Virus record (IMG/VR): IMGVR_UViG_3300032163_000005
Location: 1-64,000 of that record
Length of the DNA stretch: 64,000 nt
Source of the DNA: a virus
Reading direction: 5' to 3' (one strand)
Shown: one piece after another, positions 19,101 through 27,998 of the stretch
Numbering within the stretch: the stretch's first letter is position 1
Layout of the letters: every line of letters begins with the position of its first letter
The notes under the pieces: generated by a model
Database searches by the model: none
Told to the model about the DNA's origin: nothing
Seen by the model: the letters and a program-made list of their open reading frames with translations, nothing else
Translations under genes and position numbers: made by a program

Positions 19101-19656
19101 CGTCACCATTCCACGCGAGGACTTGATCGTAGGGTTCGAGCGCCTTCCAAAGCTCGCTGACAAGTGTGGCTTCCGCACGGTCCGTATCTTCCGCAAGGAT
19201 GTTTCGCGCGACGAGACCTTGGACTTCGTCCGTGACTGTCCAAGAGAGGATGCGCGCTTGATCCTTTCGCGAGAAAGGCACGCGCGAATCCGTCTCGAGG
19301 TCGAAGTAACAGCGATTCGGTTTCCCAATCGGCGTGTCAGTGTCCGTGAGGTAACGGCGAACAGGATCTACGTCGCCCTCGAAATGCTCGAGCCCATGAC
19401 ACGCGAAAAATCCCTCTCGCTGCGTCGCAATCCGACGCGACTCCGGACCGAGAAATCCAATCCGAAGCCATTCACCTTCTCTGCGGATCGATTTGACGGC
19501 CGCGGATGACCGCAGCCCATTTTCGATGTTGGTCGAAACCTTGTCTGCTCGAAGGAAGACAACCCACTCTGCCGAAACGGATCGAACGACTCTCTTACCC
19601 GACGAGCGAGTTACGAGTGCGAGCCGATCGCCATCAACGAATGCGTTCAGAAGCAT
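16189..19656 (-). CDS. family B DNA polymerase with 3'-5' exonuclease, intein-interrupted
   Basis: Exo motifs DLE, NGDGFD, YNTKD; pol motifs DFSRMYPS, KSTINAFYG, YSDTDS, KRY, KGLE. Confidence 0.93.
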   Translation of the reverse strand: MLLNAFVDGDRLALVTRSSGKRVVRSVSAEWVVFLRADKVSTNIENGLRSSAAVKSIRREGEWLRIGFLGPESRRIATQREGFFACHGLEHFEGDVDPVRRYLTDTDTPIGKPNRCYFDLETDSRVPFSRKDQARILSWTVTDEVQGLVARNILAEDTDRAEATLVSELWKALEPYDQVLAWNGDGFDFPVLGARTDHLRVKADPRLWLWLDHLLLFKKMNMHAAESGDEKRSMKLDAIAQAVLGEGKDNFDARKTWEAWEAGGESRARLLEYNTKDAILLPKIEAKKGFALLFDAIAQACSVFPDTSGLAPTRQVDGFMLKLGMKHGKHFASRVYREGAGEKQYKGAQVVKPKIHGIGRDIHVCDFSRMYPSIMLTFNMSPETLTSAPVNGPLPPNTCRCPTTGETFRTDVQGLLCIALLELIGQRDFWNKKKASLQPGTAEWHDADSRSSALKSTINAFYGVFGNAFSRYFDWRIAESITQTGVWLIKQTINAIEERGWEVVYSDTDSSFVRGCTKQEFSVFVAWCNTDLYPPLIAKCGCAINDISIAYEKAYDRLIFSNAKRYCNPPEAPIWMADGSFKQLDDVRVGDVVFGWVDGKWGVGRRQPGKKTVTRKRIFGSDRSRRKLTTSEVVAVHRHRATIVRVTFESGRVLRCTPDHRWRIHGRSGTYSDYVPAKVGRIISHVVDQPRRLSFDEQRAADWLGGIWDGEGSLASDNRGQILISQSRIKNPEVCTRIEESIKKLGWNYGVRTQRSAGNDCETFNIHGSLQERLEFITWCRPAKAGRMAKSLFKSRFSNPDCVVSVVPDGEGEVIGLTTTTGNYVVWGFASKNCATYSHYKGKAPKPLPQLDEKFDPDKHSHPEVKGLEYKRGDATKLAAKLQERAIHMLMLGEERISEYEDLAEQALDHVLNDPLPLEEVVQSAGLSKGLKEYKTKAKKDGSEGADIIHVAIGKELAKRGYQMGEGQRVEWVIMDSTTTPMTAVPAEDYKGECDRFYVWENRVWKPTQRLLEAAFPDHLWRRLERIRPQKGRHKPPPKDQAAFDFPVEKPSVRIPPRMLPREPFRQIDLSKPDFTMTTTPWELHLSDLDDFGVLREVLLRFPGTRPVKIVVHLQDGVRALADSKLTVDGSSALDRSIEGARENAWFAAMTYANG
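16440..16465. repeat. perfect palindrome, copy 1 (inside the pol CDS)
   Basis: GTTTAGACAGATCGATCTGTCTAAAC. Confidence 0.9.
17158..17958 (-). mobile_element. intein (267 aa) with a LAGLIDADG-like motif
   Basis: Starts CNPPEAPIWMADG; block B TPDH; WLGGIWDGEG; ends GFASKN followed by +1 Cys. Confidence 0.88.
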
Positions 19657-20005
19657 CGGGAGTCTTGGCTCTTGAGATGACTTCCAACCGATACTCCCAA
19701 CCCGTCTTCTGCTGCACCTCCCAGATGCGCATATTCAAAAGCCACTTGAGCGTTTGCCGGAGTCCGGCCCCACGCCCATTTGCCGTGAGCTCGCGAATAC
19801 GCTCTTGCGTGCCGTTATCCCAAAAAACGTAATGCGCCTTTTGCTCTTGGGTTGCCTTGTCGAAGTAGAGAATCGCCCTCTCTCCTCCACCCGGCATCTT
19901 GACCATTTCTGGTTCAAGAATCCCACCCTCGGGGGTCGGGAATTCAATCTCGACCTTCCGAGTGATGGGATCGGCGAACACGACGATGAGGTGTGGATCA
20001 GGCAT
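19634..20005 (-). CDS. hypothetical protein
   Basis: Probable ATG at 20005 (MPDPHLIVVF); overlaps the pol start. Confidence 0.5.
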   Translation of the reverse strand: MPDPHLIVVFADPITRKVEIEFPTPEGGILEPEMVKMPGGGERAILYFDKATQEQKAHYVFWDNGTQERIRELTANGRGAGLRQTLKWLLNMRIWEVQQKTGWEYRLEVISRAKTPDASERIR

Positions 20006-21047
20006 CACTACGTTCAACGTTACACGAAAGGAAGATCTCGCCCGCAGAGCTCGTGTTGACGATGTACGTGATGACCACGCCATTCTCGAGCGTCTGTTGT
20101 CCCCACGGTTTGTCCGCGAGACGTCGAGCGCGCGTTGTCGGCTCTTCGCCCTTCTTCTCTGGCTTCTTGAACAACTTCACCTGGAATTTGCCAAGAAGCT
20201 TGGCAACGGTGATGGTGTCCTTCTTCGCAGCCGTCTTCTTCGCAGCTGACGTCTTCTTGCTCTTGGTCGCTGCAACGGCTTTGGCGCGACGGCCGATCCG
20301 TCCACCACGAGCATCCGTTTCACGTGGGAGCTCACGTCCGCCATGTGCCGCGCGTGATTCTCGTGCACTGTCTTTGATCTCGCGAACCGTTGCACCCGCA
20401 GCAACTTGATCGAGAAGAAGCTGGCGATCCTCCTTTGGTGCTTGAAGGATGTGTCCGAGCTTGGTCATGCCATACTCAAGCGCGAGCTTCTCATCGAACG
20501 CCTTCGAGACATCCATCAACCACATCGCCGTCTGCTTCGATGTCCGAAGCTCCTTCGTCACGAACTGCTCGAAGGATTTGTAGATGGCCTTTCCTTCTTC
20601 GTTCGTGCGCTGTTTCCAGAGGTGCTCGTCATAGATCTGCCCAATGGCCTTGCCGAGATTCCAGAGATTTTTACCGCCCTCTGATTGGAGAGCATGCACG
20701 CGTTTCACCGCGGCATTGAGGTCCTTCTCTGTTCGTGCGCCAGCGAGGACAACCGACCCATTGACGGGTGGCGCTGGAATGATGGAGTCATCGGTGCTCG
20801 CGCCTTCATCATCGGTCCCACCGCAGTAAGGACACGGCAAACCTTCGAATTTCTTCGCATCGAATTTGCCATCACACTCCGTGCACTCCGCAAGTTGCGA
20901 GTCCGGAAGCTTGACGAATTCGGCCGCAATGACCTTGGCCGTGCCGCGAACGTCGGAGGTTTTGAGTCCGAGGCCTTCCGCGGACTTGAAGAGGAATTTC
21001 TTGTCGACCTTGCGAATGTCCGGAAGGATTTCTTCGAGCGTGCTCAT
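19998..21047 (-). CDS. putative DNA-binding protein (Zn ribbon, DUF3102-like helical region, basic tail)
   Basis: CxxC...CxxC; LWNLGKAIG...YKSFEQFV..EL; K/A-rich C-terminus. Confidence 0.45.
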   Translation of the reverse strand: MSTLEEILPDIRKVDKKFLFKSAEGLGLKTSDVRGTAKVIAAEFVKLPDSQLAECTECDGKFDAKKFEGLPCPYCGGTDDEGASTDDSIIPAPPVNGSVVLAGARTEKDLNAAVKRVHALQSEGGKNLWNLGKAIGQIYDEHLWKQRTNEEGKAIYKSFEQFVTKELRTSKQTAMWLMDVSKAFDEKLALEYGMTKLGHILQAPKEDRQLLLDQVAAGATVREIKDSARESRAAHGGRELPRETDARGGRIGRRAKAVAATKSKKTSAAKKTAAKKDTITVAKLLGKFQVKLFKKPEKKGEEPTTRARRLADKPWGQQTLENGVVITYIVNTSSAGEIFLSCNVERSDA

Positions 21048-21664
21048 CGTTCGTTTCTCCTCGTTGTCACTTCTTCAAGCGTTTTTCGAATGGTTTGACG
21101 CACATCATCTTCGTTGCAGGCTCGGAAGAGCAGGCGGGCGTCGCAGTCGTCATAGATCATCCTTGCCGCGCTTTCTGGATCTCCTTCACAAATCGTCATG
21201 GCCTGAACCACGAGCGCCGCAATCACGCCATGTTCCGCGGCAACTTCGCGCACAATGGCATCTCCTAGAAGCGCGTTCTCCTGCTCCGCGTCTACGGAAA
21301 TATCCATCTCTTCATACGGGATGTCGTGACGTGACGGATCATCAAATCGCCACGTATGACGATTGACCCCCCTTGCGCGCATCACAGCCTTTCGTCCCGC
21401 ACGAATGGCCGACTGTGCGATCCACGTGTGTGGTTTTGCAACCTCACGTCCGGACGTGGGAGTAGCGGACCATCGCATAGATGATCGCCACGCTTCGATA
21501 AGAAGCTCTTGCCTCACATCCTCATCATCAAGGTATGCGGGAACATCGCGCGCTAGTCGCCTCGCCCACCATGACCAGAGCTTGCCCGTCGTCCGTTCAA
21601 ACTCGGCAAACCCCGCTTGCCCACCCGTGAGATTACGAGCGGCTTCATGAAGCGACTTCGACAT
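21044..21664 (-). CDS. phage-encoded sigma70-family (ECF-like) factor
   Basis: Region-2-like DDEDVRQELLIEAW...HTWI..SAIR; helical C-terminal region. Confidence 0.65.
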   Translation of the reverse strand: MSKSLHEAARNLTGGQAGFAEFERTTGKLWSWWARRLARDVPAYLDDEDVRQELLIEAWRSSMRWSATPTSGREVAKPHTWIAQSAIRAGRKAVMRARGVNRHTWRFDDPSRHDIPYEEMDISVDAEQENALLGDAIVREVAAEHGVIAALVVQAMTICEGDPESAARMIYDDCDARLLFRACNEDDVRQTIRKTLEEVTTRRNER

Positions 21665-21688
21665 CGCGTCACCACCTTCTATCGCTTG

Positions 21689-21727
21689 AAGGTAGTCTCA
21701 CGAAATGGTTTTTGCAACGGTTTTTTT
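21689..21727 (-). promoter_or_regulatory. sigma70-type promoter for the sigma factor gene
   Basis: A-tract, then TTGCAA (21712-21717), 17-nt spacer, TACCTT (21689-21694). Confidence 0.6.
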
Positions 21728-21739
21728 CGGCATCCAACC

Positions 21740-21765
21740 GTTTAGACAGATCGATCTGTCTAAAC
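21740..21765. repeat. perfect palindrome, copy 2
   Basis: Same 26-bp sequence, followed by TTGTAACT; intergenic, upstream of the sigma gene promoter. Confidence 0.9.
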
Positions 21766-21779
21766 TTGTAACTCGTTGA

Positions 21780-22148
21780 TTAGACTGAGAGACCGAGCTC
21801 CTCAACCCACCTTGCGACAGTCGGCGCAGCAACATTCAGCTTACGAGCTGCTTCGTTTAGATTGCCCGCAGCATCCTCCAAAATTCGCTTGAGAATCTTC
21901 ACAGGAGGAGTGGGAATGGCTGGACGTCCACGCCGATCACCACCAACACGCATTCGTCCTTTAAGGATCTCTTCGCTGAGTGAGAGCTCCTTGCAAAGGC
22001 GACGCAACCGAAATTGGGACATGCCGAGGACTGCAGCCGCTGCAACGTACTCAAAGTTAGCATCTCGCATCGCAGATCGAATCTGACGGATGGCCTGTTC
22101 TGGCTTGGTTGCCGCGAGAGCTGTCAACGTGTGTTGTGGTCGTGCCAT
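21780..22148 (-). CDS. tandem Fis-type HTH protein
   Basis: AAAAVLGMS..RLRRL and AGNLNEAARKLNVAAPTVARW. Confidence 0.7.
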   Translation of the reverse strand: MARPQHTLTALAATKPEQAIRQIRSAMRDANFEYVAAAAVLGMSQFRLRRLCKELSLSEEILKGRMRVGGDRRGRPAIPTPPVKILKRILEDAAGNLNEAARKLNVAAPTVARWVEELGLSV

Positions 22149-22178
22149 TACCCCATCCTTGCCGCACTGAGGATCTCT

Positions 22179-22382
22179 CTAGTCTCGAAGTCGAAACTTG
22201 ATCGCCCACCAAGCCCGAATCTTTTCTACGTCTTCCTCAAGCTTGAAGACCTTAAGCTGTTTTCGCAACCACGAATGTGTGATGCCCAGAGTCTTCGCCG
22301 TGCGATTGAGGTTCCCGCCGTGATTGTCAATCGTTTGAAGAATGGACCGTCTCCATTCGGCCCGCGCTATCGCATTGCGCAT
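22179..22382 (-). CDS. Fis-type HTH protein
   Basis: HGGNLNRTAKTLGITHSWLRKQLK. Confidence 0.75.
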   Translation of the reverse strand: MRNAIARAEWRRSILQTIDNHGGNLNRTAKTLGITHSWLRKQLKVFKLEEDVEKIRAWWAIKFRLRD

Positions 22383-23287
22383 AGGGACAACTCTATCAAC
22401 TCGTTGAGCTCCGTTGGATCCATCTGATCGGCATCACGGCCCTTCGGAAACTGAAGACGGTGGTTGTAGACCTGTTGGCGATCGAGCACCCATCCAATCT
22501 GCTCAGCAAGCTTGTCGCCCGCGGGATCGTTGTCCGTTGCGATGATGACCTCATCGAATGTCGCGAGCTTGAGCGCGATCGTTGCTCCAAGATCACTTCC
22601 TGAAGTCACCGCGAGATTGATTGGGTTCACACGTTCAACCGCGAGCGCCTTGATCGCGCCTTCAAGCACAATGACGGGACCTTTACTCCAAAACTGCTCC
22701 CCAAAGAGAACACCTCGATTGGCGCGCTCGAATGCTTCTGGTTCGAGATAGCGCTTCGGATGATTGACGAACGTACGTGCGGTGTATCCCGATAGTTGGC
22801 CACGCTTGTTCCGAACAGGAATGACGATGCGACCTTCAAGCCTTCCCTCGATGGCGTAACCCATTCCCCACTTGTCGACTTGTGATGACGTGATACTTCG
22901 TTTCTCCGCAAACTTCCGAGCCGACGTCACCCACCGTGACATGGGACTGAGCTCCACACCCTCCGGAAGACGAAAGGCCGTTCTCGTTCGAATGGCGAGC
23001 TCTACGCCTGCAGGTGGAGGCGCCGCCAGCTCTTCGGACTCGAGCCATTTTTGCGCATCTCGATACTTGAGATCGAGGACCGTCCGAACGAGATGGAGAA
23101 GCCCGCCCCCGAATCCGCATGGCCAACATTTGTGGAACCCTTCGCGTGGACCGCCCGGATCGTCACGGATGCGCCACGAAGGCTTGTGGTCGTCGTGTGA
23201 TGGGTTGGGACAGAGCGCCACCCATTCTGGCCCGTGCTTGGTCGCTTCGATTCCAAGCCGCTTGAGAATGCTCTCAACACGCGTCAT
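22367..23287 (-). CDS. DnaG-like primase (CHC2 zinc finger plus TOPRIM)
   Basis: CPNPSHDD..PS, CWPCG, RIVIP, EG, DNDPAG, DAD. Confidence 0.85.
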   Translation of the reverse strand: MTRVESILKRLGIEATKHGPEWVALCPNPSHDDHKPSWRIRDDPGGPREGFHKCWPCGFGGGLLHLVRTVLDLKYRDAQKWLESEELAAPPPAGVELAIRTRTAFRLPEGVELSPMSRWVTSARKFAEKRSITSSQVDKWGMGYAIEGRLEGRIVIPVRNKRGQLSGYTARTFVNHPKRYLEPEAFERANRGVLFGEQFWSKGPVIVLEGAIKALAVERVNPINLAVTSGSDLGATIALKLATFDEVIIATDNDPAGDKLAEQIGWVLDRQQVYNHRLQFPKGRDADQMDPTELNELIELSLCAMR

Positions 23288-23466
23288 GTGCCTTGAATAT
23301 GCGCTTTCACATCACACGTTGTGGCGCCGCATCCACACGGCGTCAGCTTGGTCTTCATCCACACAACGAGCTCTTGAGCACCGTTCAACGGCTTATCAAA
23401 ATAGACCGTGCGTTCGCGACGACATCCTGTGCAAACAACAATGACGTGATCGATGGCGACGCTCAT
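23284..23466 (-). CDS. small Cys-rich protein
   Basis: 60 aa; CTGC...CGCG; coupled to DnaB and primase. Confidence 0.45.
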   Translation of the reverse strand: MSVAIDHVIVVCTGCRRERTVYFDKPLNGAQELVVWMKTKLTPCGCGATTCDVKAHIQGT

Positions 23467-24959
23467 GACCTTCGCTTCTTACCGCCACCACCAAGAAACT
23501 TCCCCATTCCCGTTGCCTGATCAAACTCACTCGTCTCACCTGGCCTTGTGTATGCAATCGATCGCCCTCCTGAAATGAGTCCGCGTGTGGGGTCCCAATC
23601 GAATTCAATCGCGAGTGGCCACGGCGCATAGCGTTGCTTGAGCACGTCTATTTCAAGCCGATCATCCGAGACGTTCTTCCACAGGAATGGACGGTGAATG
23701 CCGAGGATGCAATCCGCGATGGCGACCCAAGCACTTGAGCCCATGATGCCTTCACGTGTGGGATTCTTGTTGGTCCGTTGCTCGATGTCTTTGAGGCGTT
23801 GCTGTTGAAGAAGGATGCCGTGCACTCCGAGCTCCTCAACCATCGCTTGCTGGCGGACGAGCGCATCTTCTTCATCGTCTGGTTTGGCCTTGCCCGATGC
23901 AAGGCAACGCTTCCACAGATCAGCGATGAACACTTCGCAACCTGAATCCGAAATGAGCTGATGGATGATGTCGAGGTTCCGTTCATTCGACGGCTTCTCT
24001 GCGATGCGCTTCTTGAAAGGATTCTCTGCGAATCGAATGTATTTGTTGAGCTCGTGTTGCATCTCCTCAAGCGCGATCTGACCTTCGCGCGTGTTGACGG
24101 GTGCATCTGTCGGCGCGTTGTCAGGATTCATGAGATCTGCACGTAACCAACCAAGCTCCATCCCCGCCAAAATCTCGAGCGTGAGTCGTCCGCTCATCTC
24201 CCATGCGCAATAGAGAACACGCCGCTGCAAACGTCGAAGAGCGAGCGTGATGTTAGCTGTCACCGTGGTCTTGCCCGCTCCCGAGCTCGAAGTCACCACC
24301 GTGATCATGCCCGGCCTTGTGCCCGCAACAAGACGGCGTCTCGAGATGCCGTTTTCAGGTTCATAGAGATCGAGACCATCGATGCCGTAAGGAAACGTCT
24401 CTCGTCCTTCGCGACGCGCATCGAGGTCGCGCATGTTCTGGCGAACCATCTCTTTGCCATCGAGAAGAAACCTTCGATCGTTTCCTCCTTCGAATGCCGT
24501 CGAGACTTGTCGCGCAAACATGCGCACGCGATCTTGATCCGCCGTTGGATCGCGAACTGCCTCAAAGAAAGATGCAATAGGGCCCTTGATCGCATCGGCT
24601 CGGATCTTGTCCCAAATGACATTCTGGACGTGCCATTCAAGATTTGGCGGAACGTCTGTGCGAGCTTCGGTGATTTCTTGGATGGTCTGCGCGGCCTTCG
24701 CGCTCGAGAAGCGCTCGATCGCTTCGACGTCGTATTCAAGCCCTTGCTTTTCGAGCTCACCAAACGCGGTCCAAATCTCAGCGTGCTCACGAACGAGAAA
24801 GTGATCGACGCGGAGGATTCGAAGATGCGTCTTTCGAATCTTTCGATCGTGAGCACATGCCGCGATGACGACCGCTTCACTCACTGGATCGTGAGGTACG
24901 GAAATCGGACGAGCCTCAGCCTGAGCCTTCTTGGGCCCCGCTATCAAACGCCTTGCCAT
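23463..24959 (-). CDS. dnaB: DnaB-like replicative helicase
   Basis: PH..SEAVVI N-domain, SGAGKTT, WEMS, ADCILGIHRP, KQR. Confidence 0.85.
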   Translation of the reverse strand: MARRLIAGPKKAQAEARPISVPHDPVSEAVVIAACAHDRKIRKTHLRILRVDHFLVREHAEIWTAFGELEKQGLEYDVEAIERFSSAKAAQTIQEITEARTDVPPNLEWHVQNVIWDKIRADAIKGPIASFFEAVRDPTADQDRVRMFARQVSTAFEGGNDRRFLLDGKEMVRQNMRDLDARREGRETFPYGIDGLDLYEPENGISRRRLVAGTRPGMITVVTSSSGAGKTTVTANITLALRRLQRRVLYCAWEMSGRLTLEILAGMELGWLRADLMNPDNAPTDAPVNTREGQIALEEMQHELNKYIRFAENPFKKRIAEKPSNERNLDIIHQLISDSGCEVFIADLWKRCLASGKAKPDDEEDALVRQQAMVEELGVHGILLQQQRLKDIEQRTNKNPTREGIMGSSAWVAIADCILGIHRPFLWKNVSDDRLEIDVLKQRYAPWPLAIEFDWDPTRGLISGGRSIAYTRPGETSEFDQATGMGKFLGGGGKKRRS

Positions 24960-24965
24960 GATGAT

Positions 24966-25193
24966 CTAACGCGGAATTGGAACAGGCGACGTTTGATCGT
25001 AAGTCTCGGGATGCTCCTCAACGGTCATCAGAATCAATCGCACTTGCATCGGATCCATCGATAGCTCACTCACAATTTGTTCTGGCGTTTTGCCCTGATC
25101 ATGAAGCCAACGCAGCACACGTGCCCGGTGGTGCAGATAGACGGCCCATGGGTGAGAAGTCTTCGTGAGATCAGTGCTTGGAGGTGCGATCAC
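24966..25193 (-). CDS. small HTH-like protein
   Basis: QGKTPEQIVSELSMDPMQVRLIL. Confidence 0.5.
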   Translation of the reverse strand: MIAPPSTDLTKTSHPWAVYLHHRARVLRWLHDQGKTPEQIVSELSMDPMQVRLILMTVEEHPETYDQTSPVPIPR

Positions 25194-25732
25194 GTGCCCT
25201 GCTCCTTACGCGAATGACGCGGACTGAACTTTTCGACTTTCCAATCGGTGAGCAACGTCCGCGCGAACATCAGTCGCCACGTGATGCGAAAGTGTGGGCG
25301 CTGATTTTCAATGCGCCACTTGTGTTTGCTCGCTTCACGTTTCCACGTCCACCGAAAGAATTCCGCCATGATGTTGGCGTCATTATCGAATTCGTTCTTA
25401 AGCATGCGCGCCGCCGCACACGCTGCGAATTTGCGCTCTTTGGTTCCGAGCTCGCCTGGCTCTACGCCATAGACATGCGTGTGAAGCCCTTGGTAGAGCG
25501 CGACGAACACGAGTGGCTTTGCTCCCGCCCAATCCTCTGTCTCCGTCCGCTTCTCAGCTTCGGCGAGAGCCTTGTTCATCGAGCTCGATGCCACTCCGTT
25601 TCTTGGAGGAGTCTTCGACTTGTTGGCTTGCGCCCAATCACCAAGGGATGCAGGAGGTTTGGATTCTGGTTCATCCAGGTAACCCTTCGCCGCCAAGATC
25701 TCGGACTGAGGATCTCTCTTGCGCGCGGTCAT
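25190..25732 (-). CDS. hypothetical replication-region protein
   Basis: 180 aa ORF coupled to its neighbours. Confidence 0.5.
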   Translation of the reverse strand: MTARKRDPQSEILAAKGYLDEPESKPPASLGDWAQANKSKTPPRNGVASSSMNKALAEAEKRTETEDWAGAKPLVFVALYQGLHTHVYGVEPGELGTKERKFAACAAARMLKNEFDNDANIMAEFFRWTWKREASKHKWRIENQRPHFRITWRLMFARTLLTDWKVEKFSPRHSRKEQGT

Positions 25733-26238
25733 GATGCCTTCGTCTCATTGAAGAGCTCCCTCAGCGATTGTGTGAATGCTTGGCGCTTTGCGCGACGTTC
25801 GACATCCGCAAAAGCTCTGAGCTCCTCCATCAAACGCATCCCCGCATGAACGCGCGTTTCTCCCTTTCGAACAGTCGTTGAAGCGGAGAAGGGCCCGACG
25901 CGATACGAGCAAAACTGTCGTGGCGTGTAGAGCTCTTCACCCCAAGTTACTGTTATAGTTTCTTTCTCGTTCCCATCGAGCACTTCGAATGGTTTCTCGT
26001 TGGGTGGCTCGTGTTTTGACGGCTTGGCGGGTGGTGGATCGATCGTCGTTGCATTTGCGTGAGAGAGCCCCGCCTTACACGTCGCGCATGCCCACGTGAT
26101 CTTGTCGATCTGTTTGCATTCTGCAGAGAGCATTTTGCTCTTGCAGAAAGGACATGCGAACGCCTCAGGTGGAACCAATCCTTGAGGTTGTACGGGTTCT
26201 GAAGATGGAGTCCCGTTCTCTAGTCGACGTCGCGCCAT
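25729..26238 (-). CDS. zinc-ribbon hypothetical protein
   Basis: CPFC...CATC; MARRRL N-terminus. Confidence 0.5.
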   Translation of the reverse strand: MARRRLENGTPSSEPVQPQGLVPPEAFACPFCKSKMLSAECKQIDKITWACATCKAGLSHANATTIDPPPAKPSKHEPPNEKPFEVLDGNEKETITVTWGEELYTPRQFCSYRVGPFSASTTVRKGETRVHAGMRLMEELRAFADVERRAKRQAFTQSLRELFNETKAS

Positions 26239-26280
26239 TCGTTCTGCTCCTCGGGTTGGTGGTGGAACCCAACAGCATTA

Positions 26281-27747
26281 CTACCGCGATTTGTTTTGCT
26301 TGACCCAATCTTTCGCAGGAATCCAATTTTTCGTAATCGGATCAAGGATTACCGTGTTCGCATTCCATCGCGCGAGATTTTCTGCGTGCGTTGGAAAAAC
26401 GAAACGGTCCCACGGGTAGACGAGCGTTGCCGATACCTTGCCCGTCGCTGTTCGGCAGATCCTTCCGCGCACTTGTTGGAGAAGCTGTTTGTTTGCTGCA
26501 ATAGGTGTCGCCGCGATGCCATACCCGAGCCTTGGAATGTCGACGCCAAGCGCGATGGCTTTGTACGTTCCGACGCCGACTTGGATTTGTCCCTTTCGAA
26601 GACCTTCGATCGTGTGCGCAAACACCTTCGAGTAGTCATCGCCGCCGATGAGGAGACCTGTGCTCGTTCCCATGCCGCTGATAACTTGCTCGAGATTCAG
26701 GACGTGTTCGCGTGTGTGAGCGAACACAACGACTTGCCCGACACGAGCGGCTTCTCTTGTCGCCTCGACGATGAGCCGGTTCCGATCACGATCCTCTGAC
26801 ATCTCTCGAATGAGTCGAGCAAAATCGATTTCGCGATCCTCTTCTCCGAGCCCATACCAATCCGCTCGAAAGTTGGTTGGGACGATCTTGATGGTGACAT
26901 CGAGGATGTGCCCGCTCGCGATGAGATCCTTTTGATGAAGCGTCGTGGGATCGTCACCGAACAAATCCGTGATCAGAAATTCCTTCTTGTCCTTGCGCTT
27001 GTGATCCGCTGAGACCCCGATGCGATACCGCGCCGGAAGAGGATCGATGGCAGAGAAGAACGTCTTTGCAGCGAAGAGGCTCACTTCGTCCGCGATGACC
27101 GTTCCAAACTGCCTCGCAAACTCAGGGTTGGATGCATGCTTGCCCACGCTCGCAGCAACGCCGATCGTGATATCTCCGATCCTGAACGTTCCACCGCGCA
27201 CTTCACCGATTTGCTTTCGTGTGAGGTGGAGCTCGCGTTGCGCACGTTCGGACCATTGCTCGAGAAGGACCCTATTTGGAACGATGACGAGCGTTCGAAG
27301 GCCCGTTCTCGCGGCCATGGCCATCGCGACTGACGTTTTGCCTGAGCCTGTAGGAGCCTTGAGAAGGCCGTTCTCCCTGGCGAGGATGACTTCTACGGCG
27401 TTTTGCTGATGGGGGTAGAGCGAGAGGTCATGATCCGGCATCCCGCCAGCTTGGGGCGTTCCTAGGCAACGATGGTCTTCGACGTGAAGGCCACGCCCGA
27501 GGTTGTGAGCTTCTTGTTTGACTCGAGCAAATCCGCCACGAGGAACCGAGAGCCATCCATCGCCATCATCGTTCCACGTCTCGTATCGTTTCGGTTCGGC
27601 CCACCATCCGGGGATGTCCATGTACCGGAGCGCTTCACGATGGGGGTTGTCGTGCGTGAACCGCGCCTTGAGATGATCAGCGAGCTCCGAGTCACCAACG
27701 CGAACACGAATCCTGTTGTCGATGATGACTTTGATCTTGCGGCTCAC
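26281..27747 (-). CDS. SF2 DExD/H-type helicase (UvsW/ResIII-like)
   Basis: LYPHQ, APTGSGKT, DEVS, SAD, GVDIP, QVRGRICR; probable GTG start at 27747. Confidence 0.85.
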   Translation of the reverse strand: MSRKIKVIIDNRIRVRVGDSELADHLKARFTHDNPHREALRYMDIPGWWAEPKRYETWNDDGDGWLSVPRGGFARVKQEAHNLGRGLHVEDHRCLGTPQAGGMPDHDLSLYPHQQNAVEVILARENGLLKAPTGSGKTSVAMAMAARTGLRTLVIVPNRVLLEQWSERAQRELHLTRKQIGEVRGGTFRIGDITIGVAASVGKHASNPEFARQFGTVIADEVSLFAAKTFFSAIDPLPARYRIGVSADHKRKDKKEFLITDLFGDDPTTLHQKDLIASGHILDVTIKIVPTNFRADWYGLGEEDREIDFARLIREMSEDRDRNRLIVEATREAARVGQVVVFAHTREHVLNLEQVISGMGTSTGLLIGGDDYSKVFAHTIEGLRKGQIQVGVGTYKAIALGVDIPRLGYGIAATPIAANKQLLQQVRGRICRTATGKVSATLVYPWDRFVFPTHAENLARWNANTVILDPITKNWIPAKDWVKQNKSR

Positions 27748-27998
27748 ACCTGTCTCTTTGCCGCTTTCGCTTCTAGGTCTTGGATTCCCCACGGCCCGAG
27801 ATTGTCATCGATGGGAGAATCTTGCGACCGAGCTTCAATGCAGAGGGCGCAAGCTGCATCGAGAGACGCGGTAACTTGTGCTGCACGATGTTGGTTCCGG
27901 TCATTGTTCTGCGCCGATGCCTTACCAACAAGATTTTGAAGTCGTCCGATCACGACTAACAGATCACGCCGTGTTGGCTTGCGCTTGGATGGTTTCAC
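27744..27998 (-). CDS. hypothetical protein
   Basis: 84 aa, coupled ORF. Confidence 0.45.
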   Translation of the reverse strand: MKPSKRKPTRRDLLVVIGRLQNLVGKASAQNNDRNQHRAAQVTASLDAACALCIEARSQDSPIDDNLGPWGIQDLEAKAAKRQV

